Source: Octopus sinensis
Taxonomy: Eukaryota
Assembly: GCF_006345805.1 (NCBI RefSeq)
Contig: NC_043004.1
Coordinates: 20,770,001 to 20,834,000 of the forward strand
DNA length: 64,000 nt
Direction of reading: 5' to 3'
The notes below the pieces were generated by a model. It was not told the origin of the DNA. It worked only from the letters and a program-made list of their open reading frames with translations, and did no database searches. Below are positions 34,701-49,288 of the stretch, piece after piece (the first letter of the stretch is position 1; each line of letters starts with the position of its first letter). The position numbers and the translations under genes are program-made.

Positions 34701-36934
34701 TCACAAGCAGTTTAGTGTCCAAGAATACAGATATGTATTCACCCCAGATACTATTCACAATCTGTTGATGTGAATGGACAAAACTGCCAAATATAAAAAA
34801 ATCTACAAAATGAAGTGACAGAGATCCTACCAGCATAGGGTTATAGAAAGGCAGCCAATGCTCATATTCATTTACTCACCCTTTCTCTCTCCTTCTCTCT
34901 CAATATCTCTTATCTACACAACCATAGAAACTATCCAGCCAAGTCATTACTATGAACAGAATTTTCTGATATTACCCTGTTGTTTTTTCTTTTTTCTGCT
35001 GGACTGTTGTGGTGAATACTTGCTTTTAACAATAAACAGTTGATGAATCAAAAATGAAAGAGTATTCTTCTCATTCATTCAACTTTCCATTTATCCCATT
35101 GTCGAACATGCATGCAAAATACATGTACATATTTACAGTAAAACATTTATGCATACATACATGCACACTACATAGACATACACATATATGTAAACCATAT
35201 CTGTATGATGAAAACAATAAAATTTTTTCAAAGAAAATATATTTCAAGAGTTTCAAACCACAACAAAAAATTATATTCAGTACCGCAGAAATAAACTGAT
35301 TTTTTACCTCCTTATATACTGGTTTCCTTTTACATCCTGCTCATTATTTCCCTTTGATAGAAGCATTAGATAACTAGCTACTTGTCTAAATATAGTGACA
35401 TAGCGAAGTAACTGTTATCAAATAAAAGAATCACAGGTTTTGAAAAAATATCATTTTGCTGATTATAAAATATGAGGAAACGATAAGATAGCTTAGAAGT
35501 ATCAGTCAGTGTTATGGCAGATGATAATTTCAGTAAATCTTATTATTGAGTATAATAACAATATGTGGAATATGATAACAGGACATTAAGAAGATGCTTG
35601 TTTTATTTATATTGGTTTAGTTAATGTAGGGGTGATACTCTGTTGCTACATTCATAGAGATATTTCACAAACTAACGTTGAATTTAGATATCGCAGTTGT
35701 GGTATCAAGTGCATGTTATTCGATTGATGTCATTTCTAGTTTTCACTAAATAGATTGTATGAAACTCTACCTGTATATTTGTGCATCTCATCATTAATAT
35801 CCATCTTCCATGTTGGCATGGGTTGGATGGTTTGACAGGAACAGGTAAGCCTGATGACAGCATCAAGATCTAATGTCTGCTTTGGCATGGTTTCTATTGC
35901 TGGATGCCCTTTCTAATGCCAACCACTTTACAGAGTGTACCAAGTGTTTTTTACTTGGCACCAGCACCAACGAAGCCACAGTATTACAGGTGTGACAACA
36001 CCCTACAACAATACACACTGGAGGGCTGTATATTAGGGGGAGGTGGCTTTATACCAGGTGATGAGAGACATCAATACCACACTACTACTACTGCTGCTGC
36101 TGCTGTGTGTGGGTGAGTGTTTATTAATCTGTCTGCTGTAGAGTATTAGATGGGAAAGGGTAGAAATAACAGCAGAAGGGGCAGCACCAATGTTTTTTTC
36201 ATGAAACTTCTTAATTAGTGATATGAAGGTGGAGTAAGTTGAACTTCATTATTTCATTTTTGATGACTTTGGTTTCATAAGAGATAATCAACAATCTAAG
36301 GGATCTTGTGTGTACATAGCACTGCTGAATCTATATTCACCATGGGCCCCTATCCATGGGAGGATTGGCATTTTTGTTAAATCTCATTACACCTGATTAG
36401 TTTATTATTAATGAGTATAATGTGTATTTTTCAGAAAGCTTCTCTAAAAAGGTTGCGTAATTTGTTCAACCCTTTCACTGCAGAAATCAGATATGTCCAC
36501 TTGAAATTTAATTGCTCTTTTAACAGCAGAAAGCAGTTTTATATACCAATTTATCTCTTGTTGAGGACTGTTGTGTTGGAAACCATCCTCTGTTGAGATA
36601 TATTAAGTTTATGGAGGAAATGCAATGTGCAGAAAATATCAATTCTAATTTTTGGTAGATATTTAACATCATAACTGGAGTAACCATGAAATTTAATTTT
36701 GCAGATAAAAAGTTAAACCAAACATAGATATGTGAACTTCTGTTTAATTAAAACAGATATAGTGATATCTCTTGAGAAATGAAAGCAGAGAGCTGGAATC
36801 CCATTGAGTTTTAAATATGGGTTGAGGAGAGGGACTATTTGGTCAGTGTGTGCAGCGATGTTTACTAGTGGTTGAGACACTACAGTTTGATGATGAGAGG
36901 AGATGCTAAGTACCCTGGGTGAATAGTATATACC

Positions 36935-37168
36935 TATTTCTTTACTACCCACAGGGGGCTAAACACAAAGAGGACAAACAAGGGCAGACAAACGGATTAA
37001 GTCAATTATATCGACCCCAGTGCATAACTGGTACTTATTTAATCGACCCCGAAAGGATGAAAGGCAAAGTCGACCTCGGCGGAATTTGAACTCAGAACGT
37101 AGCGGCAGACGAAATACTGCTAAACATTTCGCCCAGCGTGCTAACGTTTCTGCCAGCTCACTGCCTGG
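36935..37168 (-). mobile_element. SINE family B, full length, tail type 1
   Basis: Head AGGCAGTGAGCTGGCAGAAACGTTAGCACG to tail GGGTAGTAAAGAAATAGG. Confidence 0.9.
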
Positions 37169-37299
37169 TATATACCATTCACTGTGTGGGAGGAGCAGAG
37201 TAGTATCTGAAGAAAAGGTAGATTGAGGAGATACATCAAATAATTCTTTAGTATTCTTCCTCTTTTCCTCTTTTGTTGTTAGTATGATGGTTAGTTGTA

Positions 37300-37850
37300 T
37301 TTATTTTCTAAAGATGTTGATAAAGAATAAGATGGAGGGTTTCATTGATTTTAATTCTAGCTTATTTGTTTGGACCCAAGAGTGTAAGGAATTTATGCAG
37401 GTTTGAAGAAGTTGTGTAACTGTCTGAGTGAGTTTATGTAATATGACAGTGGTGCCATCGCATTCTGAGACTATGTGTATGTTTTATAGAGGTTTGGACA
37501 GCTTTCATAAATATAAATTTAGAAGAGTTGGTTGACAGAACATGTCCACATGCAACACTGTTGAGAATAATAAAGATTCTGGTTTTTATTCCCTGTTTTT
37601 ATAGATTGAATGGCTTGAATATTAGTTTACAGTACGACATTTTTTGTTGTTTCTTAAAGACATGTTGAGCATCTGCATTACAGTCATATTGTGTGGAATG
37701 GACCCGTGAGGTTCCTTCTGTTGATAAAACCATTGGGCAAGTTTCTGAGTAATGTGGTGATTGAGAGTACCAGGTCAGAATTTATGGAGCAAGCTAGAAA
37801 AACGGAATATATGGGTTGGTGATGTTAAAATTGAGTCTGTTTAGGATTTG
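37300..37850 (-). mobile_element. Very old LINE RT remnant
   Basis: Degenerate equivalents of GVPQGSVLSP.LF and YADDT..LQ..IN.L..W...N.L (..DGTTVIL..LLQTCINSLHSWVQTNKLEL). Confidence 0.4.
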
Positions 37851-39131
37851 TTGAGATTTCCAAAAAGAAATTACATAGTTAAATTTTTGTTAGATTTTAT
37901 AATTATGATAAAATGTGCAATAAAAAACACTGATGATTGTCATACACTCATCAACCGTTAAGTAAATTTATGTGAACTGCATAAAAAACGCAAAAACCAA
38001 AAAAGACTTTGAACTGGTTTGAACTCACAATAAACGTTTAAGTAGTCTGGTACAGTATCCACTCTGTGACTACAACTGTATGGATATGGTGCAAACCATC
38101 ACCATTAAGTTTAGGCTGGCAGCCTACTGATAATGCCGGCAGCAACTCTTATTCAAATATATTCCTGCCATTATATTACAGCAATATTCTATTAAAGGTG
38201 GCACCCACACTTAACAGAGGTGAGATCTTAATAAAAGAAAAAGTTTTCTATCACCTTTGCATGACAAGTCATTTGTTAAACACTGTTTTTTTCCATCCAC
38301 ATTTCATATTTTCAAGATAAATAAATACAAGCTGACAGCTAGAAGAAATGTTAAAAGTATGTAAAAAAGATACTCCAATACATGAAATATACCTGGGGTG
38401 GATTGAATGCAATGCTGGAGAAAAAAAAAATGTTGAGGAAGAATATTATTAATATATATTATGATATGACAAAGAAACAGCTCAGCACGTGTTGCTTCTA
38501 GATCCATTAGAGATTTTTATAAAATCTTTAGATCTGTTCAGATTATAAGTTACTCAATTATATGAATGATTTTGCTCCAGGAACTGATTCTCAACTATCC
38601 TTACCTGCCTACATGCAATAATTAGAATATTATTTTCTTTAAATGTTGGAGTTATCCTCACATCTTAGAATTCTTTTACCAAAATACATTAGGCTTATGA
38701 AAAATAAAGATTAAAATAATTCCCACTGTTCTGGGTTTTATTTTCTTTCTTTAAAATGAACAATTTAGTAAAAGGTATAAATTATTCAGTAAGTTCTTTC
38801 ACTTGTTGCTTCCATCCTGTTGGTTAATTACAATAGTATGTGAAATCCATGCTCGGTTTTTGTTTTTGTAGAGTTGACTAATGTATTAAAAATGTCTGAA
38901 CAAACCATGCATGTTATCTGAAATTCTAGCAGCTGTACTTTATCTTGCTTAGATTCATTAACACCTAAAATAAATATAATCATGAATTCACTATATTTGG
39001 AATAAATTTGTTATAAGAATAATGTTGATAGTCTTCTGCTAGTTGAGCAGTTTTGAATCCATGTAATTCAGAAAATGGTTGAAGTTGAGTTTCATAGGCA
39101 ATGCATAAAATCAGATAATCTAGTCAGATAA

Positions 39132-41478
39132 CACCTATCAATAAGTATTTTTTATCAAGCATATGTCAAGGTGTACTTAGTGTAGTTTTTAATGCTGATT
39201 TCAAATATACAATTAGTATTTTGACGTCCCGTACTTTTTTCAAGATGAGAAAGTTTTTTGGTTTTAGCTCATGCATTATACAGAAATTCCAAGTAATGAA
39301 GTGTACGCATGTATTTCATTTACCTCATTGAAACATACCTTTAAAATAAACTACATTATTCATTGCTGCATTATTATGTATTATTTCATCATCTTAAATT
39401 AACCAATCAAATTTTGTCTGAGGAAATAGGTATTTCAACATCTCAACTTGTCCAGTCATAATTGGTCTGATGAAATATTTCCTCATCTCAAATTCAATAT
39501 GAGTATAACCGTTTGTATTTATTTCCTTACTTGTTTTATAGTATTAACAATATCAAGACAATATAGTAATCATCCTGAAGTGTTTTGCTATGTCTGTGGA
39601 CAATTTATTGTGAAAGCTCAAAAATGTACAATAACACCAGAGATCAAGAAATTTATAAGCAATACTTTGACTGACCTCTTGTAGATCAGGAAAAGTTATG
39701 GGCACCACATTTAATCTGCTCAGCTTGTTCAAATGGCATACATAACTGGTTCAATTATAAGAAGTCCATGCCTTTTGCCACTCCAATGATATGGAGGGAA
39801 CTGAAAGGCAGTTTTAATGACTGTTAATTTTGCAAAGTAAGTGTCACAAGATTTTTTATGAAGAATAAATACAAAATTGTGTATCCCAATTTGGATTCTA
39901 TAATGAAACCTGTGCCTCACAATGGAAGCCTGCCAATTCCAGTTCCACCAGATGATGGTATTGAAACGTCAGATGATGATGCTAACTGTCATGTTAGTGC
40001 TGCTGAGGAAGATTATGTGGTTGATGACGATAGCTTTGAACCTCAGAAATTTTCCCAAGCTGAACTGAATGACCTTGTCAGAGACCTATCCCTCTCAAAA
40101 GATAAAGCAGAACTGTTGACATCAAGACTTAAGGAGAAATATCTTCTAGAGCACAGTGTTTGTATAACCTATTTTTGGCAGAGAAATGTGGTTCTACAAA
40201 CACGTTTTACTGTTAAAGGCCCCCTTTGCTTCTGCAGTAGCATCGATTGTCTTTTTGAATGTTTATCACAAAATCATGATTCTGCAGACTGGCGTTTGTT
40301 TATTGACTCTTCAAAACGAAGTTTAAAAGCTGTACTTATCCATAATGGTAATTTGAAGTCCTCCGTTCCTGTTGCACATTTCGCTCATCTTCATGAACCA
40401 TGAGAATATGAAACTTTACTTCATGCCATTACCTATGAAAGATACTCATGGAAAATATGTGAAGATTTAAAAGTCATTGGAATTTTAATGGGAATGCAGT
40501 TAGATTTCACAAAATACTGTTGTTTCTTATGTCTGTAAGATTGTCGGGCAACTGACAGGCATTATTCAGAATCAAATTGGCAGACAAGAATATCGTACCA
40601 GATAGGACTGTCCAGCATCAAGAATACACTTCTTGTAGATCCATATAATGCTCTGTTGCCTCCTTTGCACATAAAGCTTGGACTGATGAAACAGCTTGTA
40701 AAGACACTAGGGAAGAGAAATGCCAGAGGGTTTGAGTATATTGTAGAAAAGTTTCTCAAAATCACACAGACGAAGTTGAAAGAGAGTATCTTTGAGTACT
40801 TCTCTAATTTGGAGTTCGACAAAGACGTTAGCTTCAAGACAGCACTGGATGAACTGGAGCTGCCTGCAATGCTTTCAATTGGATCTGTGAGAATTTCTTT
40901 GGCAATAAGAAGGCAATGAACTACAAGGATGGCATCAAGAATCTTCTGAAATATTACTCAGCAATGGGTTGTCGTATGTCACTGTAGACTCCCATCTGGA
41001 TTTCTTCACAGATAACCTTGGAGCAGTGTCTGATGAACATAGTGAAAGATTTCACCAGGAAATTAGTGCTATGGAGAAGCAGTATCAAGGCTTCTGGAAT
41101 GACATTATGCAGGCTGACTATTGCTGGACACTTTACCATAATCAACCAAATCAGGAACACTGCAGGAAATCCAAATCACAATGTTTCTAACTCTGTTGTT
41201 CTAACTTTGTCTGTTTTTTGTCTGACCCATTTTTGTGTGTATTCATTCTTTATAGAATGAGTGATGATTTTTAATCCAATAAACTCATTTACTTTCTTAA
41301 AATAATATGTACTTATTTGCTACATTAAGGATTTCATATATACAAATATGTATCTACTGAAAAACTGATACATACTGCATACAAACAGTGAAATTTTGAA
41401 ATCAGTATGAAAAATTAGTCTTAAAATGTTGGTTTGCATTCATAATGAGTGTAATACATTTAATTTTGTTGATCAGTG
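39132..41478 (+). mobile_element. Full-length decayed Chapaev3-like (CMC superfamily) DNA transposon
   Basis: Ends CAC..GTG with TAA on both sides (39129-39131, 41479-41481). Transposase remnants at about 39555-41190 include FCYVCG, PMIWRE, QAELNDLVRDL, DWRLFIDSSKRSLKAVL, PPLHIKLGLMKQ and GAVSDEH.ERFHQ..DYCW. Superfamily assignment is from motif recall. Confidence 0.8.
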
Positions 41479-41828
41479 TAATCTACGAACAAGTCATATA
41501 ATCTATAAACTTCTTGCGAAGGAGAAGCACATAAATTTTTGCCTCTATGCAAAATTTTAGTTACCTTAGTGCAAAATTGTAGCTTGCAACATAGAACATA
41601 CACAGATACACCTGCATATATATCCATAAACATACTTCCATGTGCCTGCACCCACCAGCTTAGATTGGTACATTAAGAATTCTGGTAATATCAAAGGTAT
41701 TACATAATCTTTTCTAAGAAACAAAGAGATAGACAGGTAGAGAGAGAGAGACAGACAGACAGAGAGTGAGACAGACGGACGGACAGGCAGACAGACAGGC
41801 AGACAAACAGATAGATAGACAGATAGAT

Positions 41829-41891
<63 letters not shown>

Positions 41892-43416
41892 GGGGAATAG
41901 ACCCAATATTTGCCTTTAACAGGGTTGATAAAATCAATGATACTTCTCCTTCTAAATGGCTTTTGAAGCAAAGCTGTCAGAAAACCAGTGAATGATCTTT
42001 AATAGAAGAGACAAAAAAATGGGGATTGTTAAATACCAAGTTTTTGGTTGGATTTAGTTTGTAAGGGATTTAGTTTGTAATTTTACTATCAATGTGAAAT
42101 AATTTCTAGAATAAGAATAATTATTTTAGTGATAGGTGAAAATTGTTTTCTATAATTCTTGAAATGCACATAGGACAGTTGGGATCTGAGCAATAACATT
42201 TCTGTTTATTCTGGAAGCATTTTGGCAGATTCAAATGTGAATATATTAACTGCTATTGTTTATCATTATAGAACATCTCCTGGCTTTAAATGGTATGTGT
42301 TCATAAGATGTGATTCATTACGTAAAATACCCAGCAGATGCAGAATATATAAGTCTGTTTACATACACTTACGTCCTGAAAATATGTCTCAGCTTCTAAG
42401 AATTAATTAAGAATGAGGAACAGAAAAGTATGCAGAAATATCTGTGGAGTCAATTATTTAGTGACAAAACATAAGCAAAATAGCACTCGATCTTTATAAT
42501 TGAAAGTTAAAAATGATAGGTCCTGCCCCATAACACTTGAATATATAAACACAGTATCTTCTATTTATATTCATGTTGAAAAGAAGATCTCATTGTTGAA
42601 CATTAATGAAATATTAATTAAATTTCAAATCTGTAATATGAGCTACAACAGTAAAACTGAATAAGTCATATAACAAAATGGTCTTAAATATTTGGTAGTA
42701 TTTACATTTTTCTAAAAATAAGATATAAATTCTCTTTAGTTTACACAAAACAAAACTCCTTAGAGACTGTTTCTTGGAAATTCTACAAATTCTCACATAA
42801 AGCTAAGAGCTGAATAATTAAAGGAGGAAGAAATATAGTGAGAAATAAAATATTGGAATAATCTATAAGTTAAATGTTTTCCATGGGCAATACAATGTTG
42901 TTTTCCTTGTATTCTCTGGAGAAAATGGTAATCAAGCTGGAAGAAGAATATTTGATAAAATGCCATTACTAAAAAGATATCGAGCAAGAGCTTTAGGCTC
43001 TGATATTTAGTGATTTCTGTTTTGAAATGACACTGTATTTTCTAGTTCCTCCTTTTACAGACATTCTCTCAAGTTATTTTGAGCTTCATTGTTCCATGAA
43101 TCTCAAAAGTTTTGTTGTTCTTAAAGTATGGTTAAAAAATTGATATCTTTCACATTTTTGATTCTATTGTATTTGTTTTTGTCATTTAATACATTTTCTT
43201 TTATTCTTTTATTAATCTCAGTCATTGGACTGTAACCATGTCGTTGAACTACCTTCAAGGGATTAGTCAATTATATTGAACCTAACTCTTATTTTTTAAT
43301 TTATTATTTATTTTATCTGTATCTCTTGTCAATTGACAAGGTTAAGAAATATAGTGTGATAGAAAATTTATTTCCTAACCACATTGTCTTTGGATTAGTC
43401 ATGCTGCATGGCACCT

Positions 43417-44259
43417 TTGAAGGTGGTATCAACAACTTCTCGAACTAGTTCTGTAGTGTGCCAACAGATGGCAGCACACAATAGTGTGTGCAGTGAGAGC
43501 TAGCAGTGACCTTTATGAGGCAGTGTGCTGAGCGACATCACTGTGTTTACTTCACATGTTGTGAAATTTGTGTTTCTGTGAACACATGTATGCCGTAGTC
43601 GGTGATTTTTGCTATGGATAGGAACAAGGAGCCAACATGAACTTTTACTTTAAACTCAGGAAGTCTGCTATAGAGACATTGAGCATGCTTCAAAGATAAA
43701 ACAGTAGTTGTCACAGCTCAATCAAGAGTATGCTCATTGTTTTTTCAACATCCACTGTATTATGCATCAAGAATTTGTCCCCCAGGGCCAGGCTGTCCAT
43801 TGAGAGTTCTACTATAACGTTTTGAAGCATTCGAGGGAGGATATTTGGCAAAAGTGATTGGATCTCATAAAGAATTGGCTTCTTTATGACAACAAGGCAT
43901 CCTGTCACTGAGCTCTCCTTACTTATTACTTTCTCACCAGAAGCAACATGGTATTGCTTCTGCACACCCGCTATTTGCCAGAGTTAGCAGCTGCAGACTT
44001 TCATCTCTTCCCCAAGGGGAAAATGTAGCTCAAAGGTCACTGTTTTAACTCTGTTGTTGAGATCAAGAGTGAATCACAGAAGGTCCTTGACTCTCAGAAA
44101 ACAACTTCCAGGCTGGATTCCAAGAGTGGGAGGAATGCTGGGAATGTTGTATTGCTGCACAATGGGACTATTTCAAAGGAGAAAATGTTAAAACTTTGGT
44201 AAATAAGTTATTTTTTATTAAACATAACTAGTTTGAGAACTTTTTGATACCATCTCATA
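43417..44259 (+). mobile_element. Internally deleted mariner element
   Basis: TIRs ..GGTATCAACAACTTCTCGAACTAGT / ACTAGTTTGAGAACTTTTTGATACCATCTCATA. The C-terminal transposase half (HQEFVPQGQ.., DFHLFPK..) is retained; the N-terminal part is deleted near 43695. Confidence 0.8.
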
Positions 44260-44447
44260 TACATACATACATAATGTATATATATATATATAAGCGAGAA
44301 GTTGAGGTTATAAGAGATAATGGTGTCATTGAGACCCAAAGGTGTCAAGGTAATACTGAATAAGTGCTATAGACAGACCATAGTTAAGTTCCAGATTCGG
44401 TAATATTGTGAATAAAGGGTTCAATGTTGGTTCTATGTCAGCATGTG

Positions 44448-44620
44448 TATATAAGAATTTTTGTGTAATAAGATTAAAAACCAAGGCTGTATAGATATTA
44501 GAGCATTTATGGATAGAAGGTCTTAATATCCTAGAAACAGCTGTAAGACCTATCTATAAATGCTCTAATATCTATACAACCTTGGTTTTTTTATCTTATT
44601 ATGCAAAAAATCCTTATATA
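44448..44620. repeat. ~170-bp imperfect fold-back (MITE-like hairpin)
   Basis: Arms at about 44448-44525 and 44544-44620 with an 18-nt loop. Confidence 0.85.
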
Positions 44621-47141
44621 TATATATATATATATATATTGTGTGTGTGTATGTGTGTGTGTGTTGGTGTGTTTACATCCCCATGTGATTTGGCAAAAGG
44701 GTCTGATAAGTACCAGGCTTTAAAAAAATAAGTGGTGGAGTCAATTTGTTTAACTAACATTCTTTGAAGTGGTGCCCCAGCGTGGTCGTAACCTAATGAT
44801 TGAAACAAGTAAAAGATTGAAGGTAAAACAAATGAAAGTACAAACTCACACATGTACTCAAACACATATACAGAACACATGCAGTTTTACTTGACTTCTG
44901 TCTACCAAATTCCACTTACATGGCATAAGTTGACCCAAGGCTATAATTGAAGACACCTACTCAAGGTGACAGTTATAAAGTGAACTTCTTAACCACAGTG
45001 CTATGCCTGCCTGTATACAAGAAAAATAATTTTGTTCAGTAATCAAAGGTGTGATTGTGACAAGAAGCTTGCTTCCCAACCACATGGTTCTGGGTTCAGT
45101 CCCACAGCATGGCACCTTTGGCAAGTGTCTTATACTATAGCCTGTGGCTGACCAAAGCCCTGTGAGTGGATTTGGTAGACAGAAACTGAAAGAAGCCTCT
45201 CATATATGTGTGTGTGTGTGTGTGTAAACTAGCAATTCCTGACTAGGAAGATTAATATAGATGGTAATCATCTTGAATATCTGCAAGTCCAATGTTGGCA
45301 TCAAAAAGTAAAAAAAAAATGAAACAAGACAATAACACACACACACACACACACACACACTGCATATATACTTTGTTAAGTTATAAAATGCTTAACAAGA
45401 TCTAGAATTAGTCATCACCTCTAATTTCTTTAACCTTTTAGCCACTAGCATAGTTAGGGTGTACCGCCCAGGGCAGCCTTTCATTTTGCTGCCCCTGGGC
45501 CCCTACAGAAGCGTCTTCCATGGCGGATCCCACCTCTGACCCCTTCCCCGGCTATGTTTGTGCATTTCGTATTCAAATTACTCTGTCAGATATGTTAAAT
45601 GCTTGCTTATTTATTTCCATTGTTTTGAATTAATCAGGCATTATCTTGTAACTTTGAGACTTCAATGATGAGCTTATTTATTTTTGTAATGACATTGTAG
45701 GCTAGGTATAAGAGGCCAAAAATTTGTGATGGATTTGGACTGATTAAATGTTAAAAGGCTAAATACAAGATTACATCTGGAAATTAAAACATCTGTCTTC
45801 ACTCACGCTCATGTCTGCACAAATACACACACACATACACACGCTCACAATCTTTTATTAGAAAGTGGTCGACAATGATTTCAATGTTTCCCTCCCCATG
45901 CACACACTTTTACTTTCTCTTTACTTCATTGCAATGCAATCTTTGTTTCTTTCTTTTCTTTCTTTCTGTCTCCTCTCTCTCTCTCTCTTTCTCTCTCTCT
46001 TCTCTATTCAATTGCTTTCATTAAAAATAGGTGACGCATGACAAACTGGTCAGGGTATCTCAAGAAGAGAATAGTCTACTTCAAAGCAAATGTAGCTAGC
46101 TAGCTTTAGTAGTCTGTGAATATTCAGGTGTCAATTGATAACCATCATCAAACAGACAGGATATGCAGACAAATATTTCATGCAAGTAATAGTGAGATAT
46201 AAACATTTTACAGCAATTCAAACCAACTGAATGCTGAGATACCAAACCAAATATGTACAACAGGGAAATAAATGCAAAAGTTTCGAACTAGGAACAAGTC
46301 TGTTAAGAGATGAGTAATGAACATTTATTTTGGTGACTTTCAAGACTAGGGTGCCCTGTCTGTTATTCACCAACATAATTTAGGGAGTCTCTTTGTCAAT
46401 GTTTGCTGGTACAGCAAAGCTTACAGAAGGCTTGTTAAATTGAAACCTTTGTTGTTTCATTGAGGGGAAGGTAAAACTGGACTAACTGCATCCTGTTCCT
46501 CCAAATATTCTTATGTATTCCAATGTTACTCATACAGGGAAAGTTGCCTGCAAAATATACTTTTATATAACAACTTACTAGCATTAACTTCTCTGTGTTG
46601 CAGAAAAACCAGAACCACAGTATTTGTTTCATCCTATATGACAGCAGTTTCATACAAGCAAAAAACAAGACATACATATTCAAGGGGAAGTGTTTTTAGA
46701 TAATCATACTTGAAGGCAAACAAGCCAAAATTTCAGAATTGCTGTCATCTACTACCTTGTAAAAGTCAATATACATGTACTCTACTAAAAAATATTGAGT
46801 AATCCTCCAGTTTAATTTTAAATCATTTTTATTTATAACTTGTCATAAAAATAAACAACCCATGGAAAACGGACATGTGACAAATGGATATATATTACTG
46901 GCAAGCACCAAGGAGGGTGAAACATGTCTAGCATTGCCACGAGTCAATGTTGCTATGATATTTTGTTTCACTTTGTTATATATTGTGTTTTTAATACATG
47001 TCTATGAAGAGATTTTCTCTCAGATAAAAAAAAAGCAGAACGCAATTTCTTTATATGATGTATATGCATTTAGTATAATACACAAACGCCTTTTACATTT
47101 TTATGCTGTTTCAGGTGTATTCACTGAAACATCCTCCTCAT

Positions 47142-47276
<135 letters not shown>

Positions 47277-47924
47277 CGTCTCTCACTCCCTTCTATATAT
47301 ATATATATATATATTTACACACACACACACTCACACACATACACACAACAAACACAATTATGAAATGATAGATATGGGCCTGGCCTATGAGTAGACTCAT
47401 GGTAGGGCTTGTCATTGTATGAGATAGTGATCATGTGCCCTCCAATGCTCCAAGGGGTACAGGAGGAACAAAATCTATGATATTGACAAACGAATGAGCA
47501 TGCTTGTATATGGTTGCTTGAAGTTGCAAGAAATAGCAGCCAAATCTATCTCAAATGACACTCTACTGCCTTTGCAAAGCAGAAGTTTAGTAATGTTATC
47601 CTGGATTCCCTGGGCAAAGGAAGAAATAGAATGGACATGGTAGGATTAACAGTGATCGTAGGACTGTTGCATCAAGGCTGACCTAGGGTTAACCATAAAG
47701 CAACAACAATTTTACTGATGTAAAAGAAATAAACAAGACAGCTTTAATGGTTACACATACTAGAAACAACAGCCAAAGCTCACTTTATTGTTTTAAGAAA
47801 AGGAAATGACATTACATAGTTTTGCTTTAAATACCCTTAGAAAAATGGTATGGTCATTGGTAGGATGCCTTTAATTTTGCAGAGTGTGTATGTCTTTGTG
47901 TGGCTCAACAACAACAAATTACCC

Positions 47925-47944
47925 CCTCCTCCTCCTCCTCCTCC

Positions 47945-47975
<31 letters not shown>

Positions 47976-48117
47976 CATCATCATCCTCATCATCATCATC
48001 ATCATCATCATCCTCATCCTCATCCTCATCCTCATCCTCATCCTCATCCTCCTCCTCCTCATCCTCCTCCTCATCATCATCATCATCATCATCCTCCTCA
48101 TTATCCTCCTCCTCCTC

Positions 48118-48148
<31 letters not shown>

Positions 48149-48375
48149 CATCATCATCCTCATCATCATCATCATCATCATCCTCATCCTCATCCTCATC
48201 CTCATCCTCATCCTCATCCTCATCCTCATCCTCCTCCTCCTCCTCCTCATCATCATCATCATCATCATCCTCCTCATTATCCTCCTCCTCCTCCTCATCA
48301 TCATCATCCTCATCCTCATCCTCATCCTCATCCTCATCATCATCATCATCCTCATCCTCATCCTCATCATCATCC

Positions 48376-48406
<31 letters not shown>

Positions 48407-48543
48407 CATCCTCATTATCCTCCTCCTCCTCCTCCTCATCCTCATCCTCATCCTCATCATCATCCTCATCATCATCCTCATCATCATCCTCATCCTCATC
48501 ATCCTCATCCTCATCATCCTCATCCTCATCATCATCATCATCC
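47925..48543. repeat. ~620-bp (CAT)n/(CCT)n trinucleotide array adjoining an RTE-type tail (48544-48655, minus)
   Basis: Read directly; it is the source of the poly-S/H/D/E ORFs. Confidence 0.95.
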
Positions 48544-48879
48544 TTTACCATCTGTTTTCCATGTTGGCATGGGCTGGACAGTTTGACCAGAGCTGGCAAG
48601 CAGGAGAAGTGCACTAGGTTCCAGTCTGATTTGGCTTGGTTTCTAAGGCTGGATTGTTGTTTCTAAACCTTAATATGCACATGTCATCATTTTATTATTC
48701 CCGAAAGATAACTTGGTATCTTATATTCTTTTACCTTTCAACATTCAGATTACTCTTTCAAATATAAAGCTTATATATTCATATTTGTTTTGAATTAATC
48801 ATACATTATTACATAGCTTTGAGATTTCCTTGATATGATTGTTTATACAGTTCTATATTTAAGAGATGAGGAATTATTC

Positions 48880-49288
48880 TTTTATTCTTGTATTTGTTTC
48901 AGTCATTTGACTGTGACCATGCTGGAGCACCGCCTCTGGTTGAGCAAATCGACCCCAGGACTTATTCTTTGTAAGCCTAGTACTTATTCTATCGGTCTCT
49001 CTTGCCACAGCACTAAGTGATGGGGACGTAAATACACCAGCATCAGTTGTCAAGCAATGTTGGGGGGGGGGACAAACACAGACAAACAAACATAAAAATA
49101 AACATATATATATATGTATATATATATATACGATGGGCTTCTTTCAGTTTCCATCTACCAAATCCACTCAAAAGGCTTTGGTCAGCCTGAAGCTATAGTA
49201 GAAGATACTTTCCCAAGGTGCCGCACTGTGGGACTGAACCCAGAACCATGTGGTTGGTAAGCAAGCTACTTACCACACAGCCACTCCT
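48880..49288 (-). mobile_element. SINE family A, full length, nested in a TTAA-type MITE
   Basis: Matches family A; MITE pieces lie at about 48745-48830 and 49290-49425. Confidence 0.85.

Noticed and set aside
38182-38219. 38-nt CAG..GAG|GTGAGA exon-like segment
   Set aside because: Weak pyrimidine tract and no recognisable peptide.
42365-42385. Minus-strand TTTTCAG|GAC|GTAAGT 3-nt microexon
   Set aside because: Very short pyrimidine tract; dozens of GTAAGT hexamers are expected by chance, and it is on the opposite strand to the stronger splice candidates.
47850-48666. Long ORFs of 228-260 aa (poly-S/H/P/D/E/I)
   Set aside because: They are open in several frames on both strands because they are translations of a trinucleotide array; no coding evidence.
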